Made by a program: the position numbers and the translations under genes. Below, one piece after another: positions 27,616 through 41,443 of a DNA stretch of 64,000 nt. The DNA comes from Camelus dromedarius (taxonomy: Eukaryota): the NCBI RefSeq assembly GCF_036321535.1, contig NC_087437.1:86802001-86866000 (forward strand), read 5' to 3'. Every line of letters begins with the position of its first letter. The first letter of the stretch is position 1. The notes under the pieces were generated by a model, which made no database searches, had not been told where the DNA came from, and saw nothing but the letters and a program-made list of their open reading frames with translations.

Positions 27616-29549
27616 ACTACAGAACCAGAGTAACCAGGTTTTGAATTCTGACTCTGCTTTTTAGTAGCTTTGAACTATGAGTAATTCTCCCAACTCTTCC
27701 AATGTTCAGAGATTTAGCTATTCATGTACTAAACTTCATAAATTATTAATTAATTCATCCTTTTCTTGGAATGAGGATGTTTGTGTTCATCTTGAATGAG
27801 TTTGTAGACATTATTGTGAAATTGCATGAGAAAATCTCCAGTAAATTATTTGGTACTTGATAAATGTGAATACACAGTACTTGTTTTTATTCTAATATGT
27901 TTTAAGTAATCAGTCAAATTAATTGAACCATAGATAATGAAAATCCAATGGAAATGTATACAAAGCTATAATATGTAATATTCTAAAGTAATAATGTATA
28001 GTTTATCTATTAATCTTGAATTAAATTATTTGCATATATAATTTTTACCTGAGGCAGCAAATGTATACATAATAGCTATATGATATTTTGTGCTTATTGG
28101 TTCTGTATGAATATTCTGAAGCCATGTTTTAATTATCTCTTGAGAAATGACTCTCATGCTCTACTTGAAGGCAAATAGTAAATGAAATTAATAGTAGTTT
28201 GCTCCATGTACCAGGCAATAATGGATCACCTTTTCTAATAGGCTAGTAATGTATCATTTACACTGTACCCTCTGGGAAATTAGATGTTCAGGATAAGTAA
28301 AATTTCCAGATAATTAATGCTTAATCCCTGAAATAAAATATTTACTCTTCATCACTGCTTTGTAGAACTCTCTGAGATACATAATTTCTTATGTTTTAAT
28401 TTTTTTATTCCAACTTTTCAAAATGATTATTCAAAAGTCACATTAGGTACAGTGATGCTGACCTGTGCTCTAATATCATGAAACATGTAGGGGCCTTTGA
28501 GGCAAATTGGACTTAACATTTCCTTTGTTCATTTTCCCATAGCTTATGTTGTTATCCCACCTCCTTATCCAATGAGAGGGTGAAATCTGGAATAAGAGAA
28601 ATACCTGCTTTAACTCAAAATAAGCGCAGGTTCGTTTTGTATTCATGTCTGCAGTCTTTCCTGTAGTCCTGTGGTCCCTTTGTGCAGCAGTTAATATATG
28701 CTCATCACTGTCCTTTGTAGGTTCTTGTGTCTACGTTCTAACCAGATAATATCCGGAAACCAAGAGGTTGTTTCAAAATGAATTAAATGTATTCTGTGTC
28801 ACAGATGACACACAGGGCTGAGGGTTAAGAATTTTAATTTGGAAGGAGTATATGATCTGGTTATTTACTTACAAGCTTAAGATTGTTGTAAGATGATGTT
28901 GTCTCAAGTAATGAGCTTCACATGAAAGATTTGATTTTTTTATTGTATGATCTGGTTGTATTGTTTAAGATTATTTCATAATTTGTTATTAACTATTATT
29001 TATTTAAATATTGGAACATCTGAATTAGCATAGCAGCTATTTCTGACTTCCTGCCTTTCTTTCTTTCTGCCTTCGATTAATCTTCACACATAACCCTAAA
29101 TAATGAGACCAGGGCTCTCTTGTGTGTGTGTGTGGTGGTGGTGTTCATCTTGTGTTTGTTTTTTGTAATACCTCCAGCTCTTAAAGCAGTAATTATTAAC
29201 CCTGGATACTGGATGGAATTTGCTGTATGCCACTTGGCTTCTGATACAATGGGTCTACATAGGAACTCAGACCTCAGGCCTCAGTGGTTTTTAAACATTT
29301 CCAGTTGCTTTGATGTGCATCCGTGATTGAGAATAACTGACCTAGACTGATACCTAGTACATAGTTAATGTTCAATGAATATTAGTGAATACATTAATAA
29401 ACATACAAATATTTATTTAATGCCCTTGAATGTTAGCTCTATAATAGTATTAGTGTAAGAACTAACTGATAAACATTGATAAGAAAAGTCACTGCCTTTG
29501 AGGCACTCACAGTAATACAGAGATGGATGTCGTTCTGAGCATTTGTACT

Positions 29550-30300
29550 GAAATACCATAACTGCCCTCATGCATGAATGTGGCACAGAATACGTCATAA
29601 TCATCCCCCTCACCAGTATATCGTTTCCTCTTCCTGTGCTCTCTGAGCCAAAGATAGCAACGCCACCTGCTTTTTTGCTCTATCCAGAAATCCTTGGATC
29701 ATCCTAAATACCACTCTTTCTTGCTCTCATATCAGACTGATCCCTGGCTCTTATGTTTTTTGACTTCCTATATAATGTTAGAGGGGCTTTATTTTTTCAC
29801 TTTCTTCACACTACCACTACCCAGTTAAATCCATTATGTTCTGCACGCTGTTCACTGAATCAGCATCAGTCTGCCCACTTCCACTTTGGACCACCTATAA
29901 GCCATTCTCAAGTTTTTCTAAAGCACTGAAAACTGAACATATCAGTCCTTTCCCTGTTTAAAACCCATCAGTGCCTCCTTAATTTGTTCAGAATAAAATC
30001 CATACCCTACTTTATTGGACCTCTCATACAGGCCCCTTCTTGCCCACCTAGGCTTATTTCTTAAGGGTGGCTTAGCTGCACCCCACAATCTAGCTCTAAT
30101 CAAATACATCCTGTGCCTGTGCTTTGACTCTCTTACTCTCTCTTTCTGGATTAGCTTTCATTATTTCCTCAGCTTATAAGACTTATCTTCTCTTCAGTCT
30201 CAGCCTCATTGTAATAGTGGCATACTCTTCCTCCCTTCCTCAGTATTTATCTGAGATCCCACATCCCCCAGGAAGCCTTTATTGACCCCCAAGGAATACT
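29550..30300 (+). mobile_element. L2 LINE remnant
   Basis: Pyrimidine-rich L2 3' motifs: 'ccagaaatccttggatcatcct', 'ctgtttaaaacccatcagtgcctcc...cagaataaaatcca', 'ccccaggaagcctt'. Confidence 0.65.
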
Positions 30301-31309
30301 TGTTTTGAAACATTTGACTACATGACAATAACGGTTCCTTTATTTAAATATCTCCCAACCTTTCTGGAGCACAATTTTCTAAGTGGACAAGACTAGGAGA
30401 ACATCTGTAATTTGATCATGCACCTGTTTTCAAAATGAGAGTGAGAGACATTCTCAAAACCTGTTTCAGGACTCCCGGTGAAATTGGACTATCTGGAGTC
30501 TCTTGGGATCTCTGGAGTAAATTTCTGAACCTCTACACCTGAGTAGTGGCTCCTCGGCCTGTGCTGTACTTTCTAGTCCACATTTCCAAGTCCCATGATC
30601 CCCCTCAATCCTGTCAGCACCACACATTTTTCAGGCACCACATGCATACATTCACTCTGGCCATTTCCTAGATCTTCATCTCAGTTATTTTCATGATGCT
30701 CTTAACCACTACAGTTTGAGTCTTTTGACAAGGTGGATTGTAGCACTTCCTCCACAGTGTTAAGGAGGTCTGTGGAGGGGGTTGGTTTCCTGATGACATG
30801 CAATTCAGTGAAATAATAACAGTACAAAATCAGAAAGCAAGGAAATAGATATCAGTATTTATCAGTGCCGGCTGATACAATGGCATGTTGTCTGCCTTAT
30901 AGATTTTACCTTATCTTTTCCAGAATTCTTTAACATATGTGAGATTATCTCCATCTTACACATGATGACAAAATTAAGAACTGGGGAAACTCTGGGATCC
31001 CAACCCTTAGATATGTTGACTTCAGAGCCCACATTTTTACCATTAGGCTGTCCCATAAGACAATAATGTTAATGCATATGGAATCCTGCAGCCTCTTTCT
31101 ATCTGTCCCACAAGACATATAAGGAGCTCACCTGTTTAAACTATTTAACGTTAGGGAGTTGGATTAAAAATGAACCTCTGGTAGGAAATCTAGTAATAGT
31201 GAGATGAGTGGAAATTTGGTACACTATTACACTTTCAATGCTATGAGCAAGGACAGACTTGATTTGTCTTTATTATGATCACTGAATTATCTTTACCTAT
31301 CTATAATAA

Positions 31310-31752
31310 AGAACTCTGCTCTCCCCTTGGTTCACTCTATTTCAAATACATTGGGTCTCATTGCTCACTGAGCCAGTCAGGTACACTTCTGCTTCAAGGC
31401 CTTTGCCCTTGAGGTTTCCTCTGGCTGGAATGCTCAGTACCCTGAAGTCCAAATGGATCACGCCTCCACACTTTCAGGTCTTACCTTCCATGTCTTCTTC
31501 TTAGTGAGTGCCCAACCTGGACACCCGTCTCACCTGCAACTCCTCTATCACTGGTATGTTCTGTCAGGGCCCGTCCCAGCATTACTTTTCTTCTTAGAAC
31601 TAATCACTAACAGATTTTCATATTTCATTTATCATGTTCTTTTCTTCTCCTAGAATAATGTGACTGTGAATACAGGGATTTTGATTTGTTTTATTCACTG
31701 ATGTATTTATTGAGATAAGGTGTCAGTAAATATTTGTTGAAAGTGTGAATGA
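31310..31752 (+). mobile_element. L2 LINE 3' remnant
   Basis: 'ttcaaggcctttgcccttgaggtttcctctggctggaatgc...gttttattcactgatgtat...gtcagtaaatatttgttgaaagtgtgaatga'. Confidence 0.75.
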
Positions 31753-31999
31753 CTTGTTAAGACTGAAGCCAAGTGGCAGTAAATTGGAAAATGTTAGATG
31801 AAGATTTCAACAGGACTGAAAAACTTGAACCTTCATTTTCCCCTGAATCTTTCTTAGCAACAAAATTAGGTTTTCTCCCAATTTGAGGAAACTAGATTTT
31901 AATTTTAAAAATATTTTAATTACTTAACATTGAGGGTATCTTCTCCAATCTTTATGGGGAAAGAGCTTAATTGTATGAGAAAAAGGAAGATGGAATATA

Positions 32000-34400
32000 A
32001 AGTTACTTTATGCTGAATATATTGATATGTGTGCAGTTACTTGGAATTCAGGAATTAACTTGTTAGCTCCAGCCTCTAAGATGAACCACAGCAATTTGGT
32101 GTGCTGAACAAAGAAATCTTGGAATCAATAATGGCCTGGAGTTAATGAGATTAAGAAGACAACTTTCTTAGCATACTATTTAGAGAAAGGGGTCCAAAGG
32201 GCTAGGAAATAGGAATGCTGGAGTGAATGTATTGTGTTCACCTTGATCAGCCATTCCTAATCATATCAACATTTTACTAACTGACCTAGGGAAGAGAAAT
32301 TAGAAAGCTCCCTATGTGCTTTATGAAATGCGTGTACACTAGAGAGTAGGCAGTCAGCCTGAGAAGGCTAAGGGGCTGCCACATTCGTGATTTTCTTTAG
32401 TGTTTGGGGATGGTGGGGCTATTCCTTTAAGGTGTAAGACCTCTTCTGTCCATCACATACTGGGCCTATCTTATCCATAAAGTCATAGGGTTAGATAGTA
32501 AGAAAAGCACTTCCTCATAAAATGGAAATGGTATATGTGAGACCAAGCTCTAAATGGTAATTAGCATTAACAGATGGCATAAACTCACAAGTATCTACCT
32601 TTAAGAGTTTCACCATTTCTTGCTCTATCTACACGTAGGGACTCATGGGGAGTTTCCTATGACCAGTTACTGGAAAGGGAAGAGCATAGCCTGGTTCACA
32701 AATGGATTTTCAAAGTATCACGTTCCATCTAGAAGTGCATAATTGCTACACTACAGCCCAACTTGAGGAGACTATAGAAGACAATGGTAAAGACACAGGG
32801 AACTATATTCAATAACTTAATAACCTATAATGAAAAAAATATATATATAACTAAATTACTACGCTGTACACCAGAAACTAACATAACATTGCAAATCAAC
32901 TGTACGTCAATAAAAAAAGAAGACAATGGTGAAGATAAATGTTTTCTTGACCAAATGCCAAGTAGTGTATCTAGTTATTATATATATTGTACTTTAAAGA
33001 AAGATCATATATGATATGGGTCTATGTTATTCATGGGTAGTTGCTAAGTCTTGTCTTGCTAGAAAAATAGACAGTAAAATTGGAATATTTATGACAAGAA
33101 GGATTGGGAAGATGTGGATGAATATCACAAAATAAGCAAAAAGAGAACGAGTTCCTATCAAACAGATACCTTCCAGAGACATCACTGCAAAGAAGACTTA
33201 ATAATTAGGTGGACAAGATGAGCCATCCTGTTGATGACAGCAAACCTCATTGTCCAAGTATCCCACTGTCGACAGTGGCTGTGTACAAAGAAGATATGTA
33301 GGTAGAGATATGGGCTGGGCATGGACTTAAAAATCATGGCCTTTCTCTCATTAAGGGTGATCTGGCTACCACCTGCTCAACCTATACATTGATGCTGCAG
33401 TCAGACTACTTTGACTCCCTCCCCGAGGTATGAGGTAGTGATTTGTTTTTATGAGAAAAAGTACACATTCCAAATATGAACTTGCCTTCCCTGTCTGAAA
33501 TACTTCTGCCAGAACATCCATTAGTGGATTTACAGGATGCCTTATTTATGGCCTTGATATCTCACACATCATTGTCTCCAAACAAAGAACTCATTATACT
33601 GTGAAAGAAATGTAACAATGAGCTCATGTGCAAGGGACTCATTGGTTTTACCATGAACTCCTCACCCAGAAAAAAGGAGTTTGATGGAACCGTGCTATGT
33701 CCTATTGAAGATTCACTTATGTCCTGCAATTACAATGTAGTCTACTGTATGATTCCAGTTTCTCTTCAGCTAGGATGTGTAAGTTTAGGAACCTAGGTGA
33801 AGACAGGCCCCTTTCATTAATATATTTAAGAACCCATTGGTCAAACATTTGCTGCTTGTCTTTGCAGCCTTGGTCTTGGAGGATGTGGAGGGGCTAGGAG
33901 CTGAAGGAGTTGTACATATACTAGGGAACATAGTCATGGAGTTGTTAATTAGATAGCTGAGACTATCCACTAGCCATTTGGGGCTCGTCATGTTGCTGAA
34001 GCAGGAGTAATGAATAAGATCAGTCTGCTGGTCAGATCCTTATTCCCAATTATGAAGGGACAGTTGGTCTGCTTCTCTACTGTGGGGACAAAGATTCAGT
34101 GAATCCAGAAGATTCACTAGAGTGCCTCTTATTCCATGTCCAGTCATAATCATCATGGGAAACTGTAACAATTCATGAAGACTGGTCCAGTGAGGGCTTG
34201 GATCCTAAAATAATAAATATTTGAATCACTCTGCCAAGTAGATTGGGTAAGAGTAAGGGTAAGAGATACTGTCAGAGAATAGCAAGCAAGAATATGGAAG
34301 GGTTGGTATAAGAATAAAGCTATAACTATCAGTTTTTAGGCCTAGTGACCAGTTTTACAGCTGGATACTGTGGCAGCTGTAGCTTAAGTTGATCATCCTC
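32000..34400 (+). mobile_element. ERVL internal region remnant (pol RNase H/integrase and downstream), heavily decayed
   Basis: HERVL-like nucleotide motifs in order: 'cctggttcacaaatgga', 'aataattaggtggacaagatga', 'gaacttgccttccctg...cttctgccagaac', 'gtctccaaacaaagaactcattatac', 'ggactcattggttttaccatg...cacccagaa'; many stops and frameshifts. Confidence 0.8.
32794..32917 (+). mobile_element. Very short cetartiodactyl-type L1 3' end inserted in the ERVL remnant
   Basis: 'cacagggaactatattcaata...acctataatgaaaa...gctgtacaccagaaactaacataacattgcaaatcaactgtacgtcaataaaaaa'; 18-bp TSD agaagacaatggt(a/g)aaga at 32776-32793 and 32918-32935. Confidence 0.9.
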
Positions 34401-34624
34401 TGTTACCTCATCTGAAAAGTAAAGGTGATGGCTAATGCTATAATTGTGCTTTTACAGGGGAGTGTAAGTGAACTGAGATTAGCTTACAATGGTAGGCTGT
34501 CTCCTCTGGGCTGAGAATTTTTTCCACTGAGCAACTGTCTGGAATGGATGAATTTGGTGAAGGGGTGAGATATACTTTATAATCTCCAAGTGCTCTCCTC
34601 CACTTCCTGATCCATTCCATATTT

Positions 34625-35030
34625 TGTTACCTACCGTATGCTGCCAGAACAGGTCATCAAGAGGATGTGACCTCTTGTTCACCAGTGAGCTGGACTTGGG
34701 CAATCAGAGGCTCTCACCCCTCCTCTGTCCTTGAAACATACATTCTGTCCACCATTCCCACAGTGGGAGCTGTTCCAAGGACATAACTTTGAAAAAGTAA
34801 AGTGTTGTTGAGACCATCTGGATGGTATACATAACTGAACACCACTAAGGCCTCTGTTTAAACCCTTAAGATTCTGTGGGGCAGGTGTGGAGTTGTATAT
34901 GGCTGATGTACAAGCCTCGTGTGTTAAGTCCCCTTGCGCGTTAAACTGGACACCTACCAGTCTGGGGGAGCTGGCCTCTTTCTTCTGTCCATCCTTACCC
35001 TTTGTTTACAGGGCCAGTTAATGAATGAGC
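34625..35030 (+). mobile_element. Probable old LTR remnant, family uncertain
   Basis: Starts tgtt; LTR-like composition and layout ('cccacagtgggagctgttccaagga...ttgagaccatctggatgg...ggcctctgtttaaac'); no clear TSD found. Confidence 0.45.
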
Positions 35031-37189
35031 AGAAGTTCTTAAGAGGGCAGTCCTTACAAAGCAGCCGTGCCTCCCTAACTTCTGGATTTCAGTGTTCATT
35101 TTCTAATATTTGTCAGGTCTTAGCCCAAGTTTTTAACTTGTTCTTTCTTTCTCAGCATAGTTTCACTTTTATTCAGTAAAGGTTTGTACAAAGCAAAGAT
35201 AATGATCCCAACTAACTCATATAAATGTAAGATTTATTACTTTTAACCAGGCAGAAAAACTGTTAAAATAGAAATGTACACCACTCAACCAAAGAAAAAA
35301 CTCCAGCCAGTTCCTGAACGCAAACTAAGGACCTCCACAAGCACGGCCACCTCTGCTGTTCTGCAGTTCCTTGAGGGTCTAATTTCAGCCTAAAATTCAC
35401 AGTCAAGAGACAATTCATAGCTCATCCTCTGTTGATTAGATGACATGTGAACATAAATGACTCTTTGGTCATTTTTTAAATGTCTATAAAACTGGAAACC
35501 TGAAATTCAAATGGCCCTAACTAAGTTCACATATGTGATGTTCTTTCAGTCAAAATCTAACAAAGAATAGATTACTGAACAGACCCTTAGTTGAAAGTCT
35601 CAGATAGGTGCTGTCATTGCAGCCTTGGTTTGTAGGGTAAGCACCTTCGGAAACAGAGGATGGGTATTCCCTGTCATCAGAACAGGGTATCTGCCTTCTA
35701 TCTGTCATTAAAATGCCTTCCTATTATCTCTTTTGACTAATAATCAAGGCTTTCCCCCTGATTAACAACATATCCTTATGCCAGAAATTTGAAGGTGACC
35801 TTGCTATCCTGTGGATCAGAATGTCAAATAGCATACTTGGAGTATGTTCTTTTTTAAGCGTACAGACGACTGTATGTGGTCGTTGGTAAGAGTAAAATTT
35901 GAGTGTTTGTTCTCAGCCTCAGGGGCACCCTGCAATGGTTACCTTCAACAGCAAGACGCATGTGAATGCACACACTTGCCTCCTCTCTTCAAGAAACAGT
36001 CTTTACACTGTAACTGGTGAATATTCACAAATAGCAATTCCATAACCTTCCTGAAATGCTTTCCAGTGCTATGAGAGAATTCTTCTTAGTCTGGAGCTTT
36101 CAGCTAGATTCCCCTTGTGCAGTCTTCAATTTAAAAAAATTTTTTTTCTACTCACAGTTTTTTCATAAGATTCTTTTCCAAGCCAGAAGTCAATTACTGT
36201 TTTATATTTTCTCCTTTTATCCTTGCAGTTGCAATTCTGCATTCACTCAAATGTATCTTCTGTAACTTATGTGTTAAGTAATATACCACTTGTGCATAAC
36301 TTAATTACTATTACTTGTGTAGTAAGAACTATACCATTCTTACATGGACTCTTTGTATTTATATCTTTTGCTTTTTTATATTTGTATCTACATTTGTCAA
36401 CTTCTACACTGAAGTTCAATTTCATGTGATTTTTCAACTGTTTAATTTAAAATCTAAAATGTTTCTTCTTTCTGATCACTTCTTTTTTTCCACAGCTCTT
36501 TGCTCACACCTTTAACTATAAATAAACCCCCATTCTGTTTACATTTTTACTTTTCCACCACTCTCAGAAAGCAAGGATGAGAATTCTTATCAGTGTTTTG
36601 GTTCAGAGTGCCTCTCAGAGCCCGGCACAGAGGACTCAATAACTGTTTGGTTCAATGGATGAATGACTGTAAGACTAAATGTAGTGCTTTTGTATAAGGC
36701 AGAATTTAGTCACTAGACAGAAACTGGCAACTTCATTATCTGACCCATATTTAGCTCTATATTAAATAATTAGTCTGCAGCTGGACTAAAAGAATAAATA
36801 TACATACATATATTGTGTATATGTATATTATATATATCTCCTTTTTTCAATAAAACTAGGATGGTAATTTACTGTAATAGAATAGAAAATCTCCCTTATG
36901 TTTATCTAAGTTTGTCTAAAATGTACTATGGAATTCAAGAGAACAGAGAGCAATTCTATTTTGTGACTGTTATTACATTAGTGACTAACAGTGCTTAAAA
37001 CATAGTAGATGTTCTATAAGTACTTGTTGAATTACTTAATGTATTGATTCATGAATATTTTTAAAAGGCGATAATCTGTGCTTTTCCTATAGATCCAGTA
37101 ATGGAATGAAAAGAACAATAGATAATAATAGACAAAAAATAACTAAAAATGTTATTTTAAATTTTTTTTTCTTAAAGGTAATAATAAAG

Positions 37190-37420
37190 AAGATAATAGT
37201 TAATTTTTTGATTATTTATTATGGGCCAGAGACAGTAATAAATCCTTTATATAGATTGTGTATTTAGCCCCCAAACAGAATCTCTACTTTCTACACAAGG
37301 AATATGAAACACAGACTGGGTAAGTTGCCCCAAATCCTGTCTCTCATAACTGGCCTTGTCTGTCAGTATTTAAATCCACATAATTTGACTCCACTGGCCA
37401 TAATCTTTACCATTATGCTC
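37190..37420 (-). mobile_element. MIR SINE fragment
   Basis: 'atttattatgggccagagacagt...ggtaagttgccccaaatc...atttaaatcca...tttgactcca...tctttaccattatgct'. Confidence 0.65.
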
Positions 37421-39039
37421 TGATTATTCTCAAAGCGTAAACTGCACTTAATATTTTGAGTAAATGCTAATGTGCTACAGGCAAAACCCAGGCCCATGCA
37501 CTTGTGTTGGCAAGTTGAATATGTTCCTCCCCTTTATTTGCTGTATGTCTATTATGCTGTGAAATAAATGTGCTATTTCTCTACTCAGGGATTCCTTCTG
37601 TATGAAAGTAGTGTGCACAGATCTGCTGATGAGAAGTATTGAACACATTTGACAGATTCAGCCCAAAGTGGGATACAAAATGAATCCTCTCTTCAAAAAT
37701 AGTACACCATTTTAAAGATTTGTTTGTGTATTTTCTTTCCTGAAAAAAAATGCTTTTCTTTTTTTCAGGTTGTTTTGTAACTTTAGTTTTCCACAAAGAA
37801 TCAGTCAGAGTTTCCTTTCAGCTCACAGATATGCTATATAATTTTAAATTATTAAAAACATTAATACATACAATAGGTATATATTTTAAAGGGATTTGAC
37901 TATAATAGACTATTAAGAAGTGGCATTTAAAATTTCTTCCAGAAATGCTCTTTTGCAAGAGTTACATTACTTGTGAAAAAATCAGGCTATTTTGATAGCA
38001 TAAATCTGTAACGGACTATTGACAGATCATAGATTGAGTTATAATAAGAACAATAAATTTATCAGTTGTCCTAAGTGCTTTATTTAATACTCACTTATTC
38101 TTTCATTTTTGGATGTAAAGTTATATATTTGATTGTCTTTCTTTTCTTCTGTTTTTTCTTATCGTGTGTGTGTATATGACTATTTATTGTAGAAGACTAC
38201 AGAATTGACTTTTTTTAAAATGCAAATGAGAATCCGCAAACTTTAGCTGAAACCTGTCTACCTCTTTGGGAAGCACACGCCTTCCTATAAATTTGGGTAA
38301 GAAATCATGCTCCTATTATCTTGGAAAAGTACAACAAAGCTAAATATTTGGGGGAAAGGGTAAAGTTTAGGGATTCTTTTAAAATGCACTGAAATCACAG
38401 CAGAGAAAAGTAGGTCTCCACATTCTCAGCAGGTTGCTTGTAAATCCGAATGACATGCACAATGTGTTGAAATATTCCATGACCGACTCGCCACATTGAC
38501 TGCGGCGTTAATATAAGGAGCTCCTGGAACAATCCGCCTTCTTGCTTACTGATGAGTGGAATTGTTTGTGTCTCACCTGGGGCTGTAATTGGCATTTCCC
38601 AACCTCTCAGCCTTTCAGAATAGTGGCATTTTTTTTTCCACAAAGATTCTTAAGCAAGCAAGGAACTAAATGAGGGCAGGAAGATCTTTTGAGTAGGTGA
38701 GATCACTCATCAAGTAGCAACTCATTCACATTCTCAAAGTTTATTTGAATAGCATCTATTACCTTTTGCACGCAGGATTATAGCAGTTATAATAATATCT
38801 TTACATATTGTCTCCTGTTTCACCTATAGTGGTTAGTGTCAATTTGTAGCATTTTCTAAAGCAATGCTTTCTGCCTGGAAATCCATCTGCTTTTTTAAAC
38901 TACATTTAGTTATCATTTTAATGAAATAATTACAGAGGATTTTATTCTACCTGAAGTTGCTTATACATTCAAGTTTTCTATAGATAAATGATTTTTTTCT
39001 CCTCAAAACAAATGCTAACAACATATAATAATACAGAAT

Positions 39040-39250
39040 TGTTTATTGACTGTTTAGTTGCCAGGCACAATGCTAAGCACTTTGTATATGTCACGTCTTA
39101 ATCGTAAGATTTATTTTATACCCTTATTTTACTGATAAAGAAATTAGACTCAGGAAGAACTAAGCCATATTTTCAGTAACCCATTTCTAAAAAGGGACTG
39201 GACAGGATTTGAATCCAGGTCACTTTGGTTCAAATATATACTCTTCCAGC
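39040..39250 (-). mobile_element. MIR SINE fragment
   Basis: 'tttattgactgtttagttgccaggcacaatgctaagcactttg...ggatttgaatccaggtc'. Confidence 0.75.
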
Positions 39251-39324
39251 CTGTTTCTCCCATATCAGTGTTGTCAACTGAGAGGAAATACATTTCAAAA
39301 AGTAATTTTTGAAGTTTTAAACAT

Positions 39325-39640
39325 ATCCTGGCCCAGAGGATTTTTAGGACAGTAAAAATACTCTGTATGATATGATAAAGAAGGATGGACATCACATACA
39401 TTTTCCAAACATATAGAATGCGCCACAGCGGGAGTGAACGCTAAGGTAAATTATGGGCTTTGGATGCTTATGTTTCAACGTAGGTTCATTCTTGGCCAAA
39501 AAAAAAAAAAAGAAAGTACCATTCTGGTGAGTGATGTTGATAGTGGGGGCAGATATGCATGTGTGAGGGCAGGGAGATTGTGGGAAACCCCTGTACTTTC
39601 AACTTTGTCATAAACTTAAAACTGCACCCCTCAAAAGTCA
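39325..39640 (+). mobile_element. L1MC-like 3' end
   Basis: 'gaggatttttaggacagtaaaaatactctgtatgata...gtgaacgctaaggtaaattatggg...gtaccattctggtgagtgatgttgatagtgggg...tgggaaacccctgtactttc'. Confidence 0.8.
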
Positions 39641-39899
39641 TAAATATATGTGTGTGTATATATATGTATTTTTCTTCAGTGTTGCCTCTTATACGTCGTT
39701 TATTTCCATTAAAATTTTTTAATTTTGCTTTCCTCCCTCTGCATACAAAATTGAATACCTATGGAGCGGTTCCTGGTATTCCATCTTAAGGCTTACTTAC
39801 CTGTACGATCACTAGTAACATCCCCTCTTTCACTCCTTAATTTTATTATTTGGTGTCTTCTCTCCTTTATCTTCATCGATAAAGTTTTGGTGATTGTGT

Positions 39900-40760
39900 T
39901 AATTTGTTCCAAAACAATCATCATCCCTTCCTGAAGAATTCAGCTTTTATCATTATAAAATCTTCATCTTTGTCTTTGGTAACTTTTTTTGTCTCAGACT
40001 ATTTTGTTTGATATTAATGTAGCTATTCCAGCTCTCTTATGTTTACTGTTTGTATAACATATTTTTCTGCTCTTTTACTTTTAATCTATTTAAACTTTTG
40101 AATCTGAAGATTTCTTCTTACCAACCATGTAGAGAATGACCTTGCTTTGCTTTTTTTTAATTGAATTAAAAATCTGTTTTTGTATTTTAAAGTCAATTTA
40201 TATCTAAAGTAATTATTGTTATGGTTGGATTTACAGTTCACATTTTGTTATTTATTTGTTTTTGTTTCACTTCTTTTTTCCCTTCTGTACCTGTATTTCT
40301 GTGCTCTTTAGTGCTATGTACATATTTTATAGTTCACTATTTTTGTTCATTTTTTGTTGCTTTCTTTACGCTAGGAATTACAATATATATCTTAATTTAT
40401 AACAATTTCTTCAAATTAATACTATCCATTTCAACAAATACAGGACTTTTCCTCCAACAGAGCGCCATTGCTCACCTCTTTGTTATTACTGACATATTAT
40501 TATATATACTACATCTTTATATTGTGTAAATTCAACAGAACATTTTTATAATTTTTGTTGTATGTAATTTTCTTATAAATTAGTTAAGAGAAGGAGAGAG
40601 AAAATATGTATTTCCACTGTCTTTTATATTTACCTATGCAGTTACTTTTACTGGTGTTCTTTATTTTTGTGTGTATGGCTCAGCATTACTGCCTGGTGGC
40701 ATTGCGTCTGAGCATGAAGGACTTGTGTACATCTTTTAAGACATATCTACTTGCTGATGG
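39900..40760 (-). mobile_element. Old LINE-1 (inter-ORF/ORF2 5') remnant
   Basis: 'tgatattaatgtagctattccagctctctt', 'ttttacttttaatctat', 'cagttacttttactggtgttctttattt'. Confidence 0.7.
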
Positions 40761-40774
40761 CAAATGAATCATAC

Positions 40775-41443
40775 TGTGATACATGAAGTGGTAAATTAGA
40801 CTTTGTGTCTCTCCTTCCCAGGAGAGGGCAAGCATGTCTTTAGTTGGGCAGTTGCATCATGTTATCCTGAAACTTATTCAAAACTTAAATGTGGAAGAAG
40901 CAATGGACACCAAAGACAAACTATCAGATTATCCGTTTTCAACTTGACATACCATTTTCCCTTTCCAGGTCTCCTCTGTATTGCTGGAAACAACATTTTC
41001 CAGAAATGCTTTCCTTCTTTGATTCAAGTCTACTTTTCTAATTAGAGGGAACCAGTCCTAGATACGAAAGGCAGAAAAAAGGAGAAATCAAAGGAAGCCA
41101 AATGTATGAGAGATGTGAAATTCTCAGTGGCCTCCTACTTCCCACAGAGACCCTGTACTTTGTTGCTAACGACTGAGACAAGGGCAAACTTCATAGAGGT
41201 TCTTGAGAATTACAGCAGCTTTCTTTCAAGCTGTTGGGAAGGACATACTTTGATGCTTTAAACTGCGCTTTTCCAATGCATGCTTTCCTAGCATTTGGCA
41301 GCAGCTTACCTGCTCTATAATGGCCTTTTCACTAACTTCTGCTATACCAGTTCTTTTAGCAGTCATCTAAATCCATATTAAGCCATTATATTTAGATTAT
41401 GTAGAATGGTTTTTGTTTTCCTGACTATGTTCTGAATGACACA
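40775..41443 (+). mobile_element. Old ERVL-type LTR remnant
   Basis: 'ctggaaacaacattttccaga' and a 3' end 'tggttttgttttcctgactatgttctgaatgacaca', typical of ERVL/MaLR LTR termini. Confidence 0.5.

Noticed and set aside
28710..28775. Possible exon after acceptor 'gtcctttgtag'
   Set aside because: No good donor nearby and no recognisable peptide.
35863..35886. Small hairpin (acgac...gtcgt) as a miRNA or structured RNA
   Set aside because: Stem far too short for a pre-miRNA, with no resemblance to a known RNA.
38395..38643. 82-aa minus-strand ORF as a coding exon
   Set aside because: Non-ATG start, no recognisable homology and no convincing splice boundaries.
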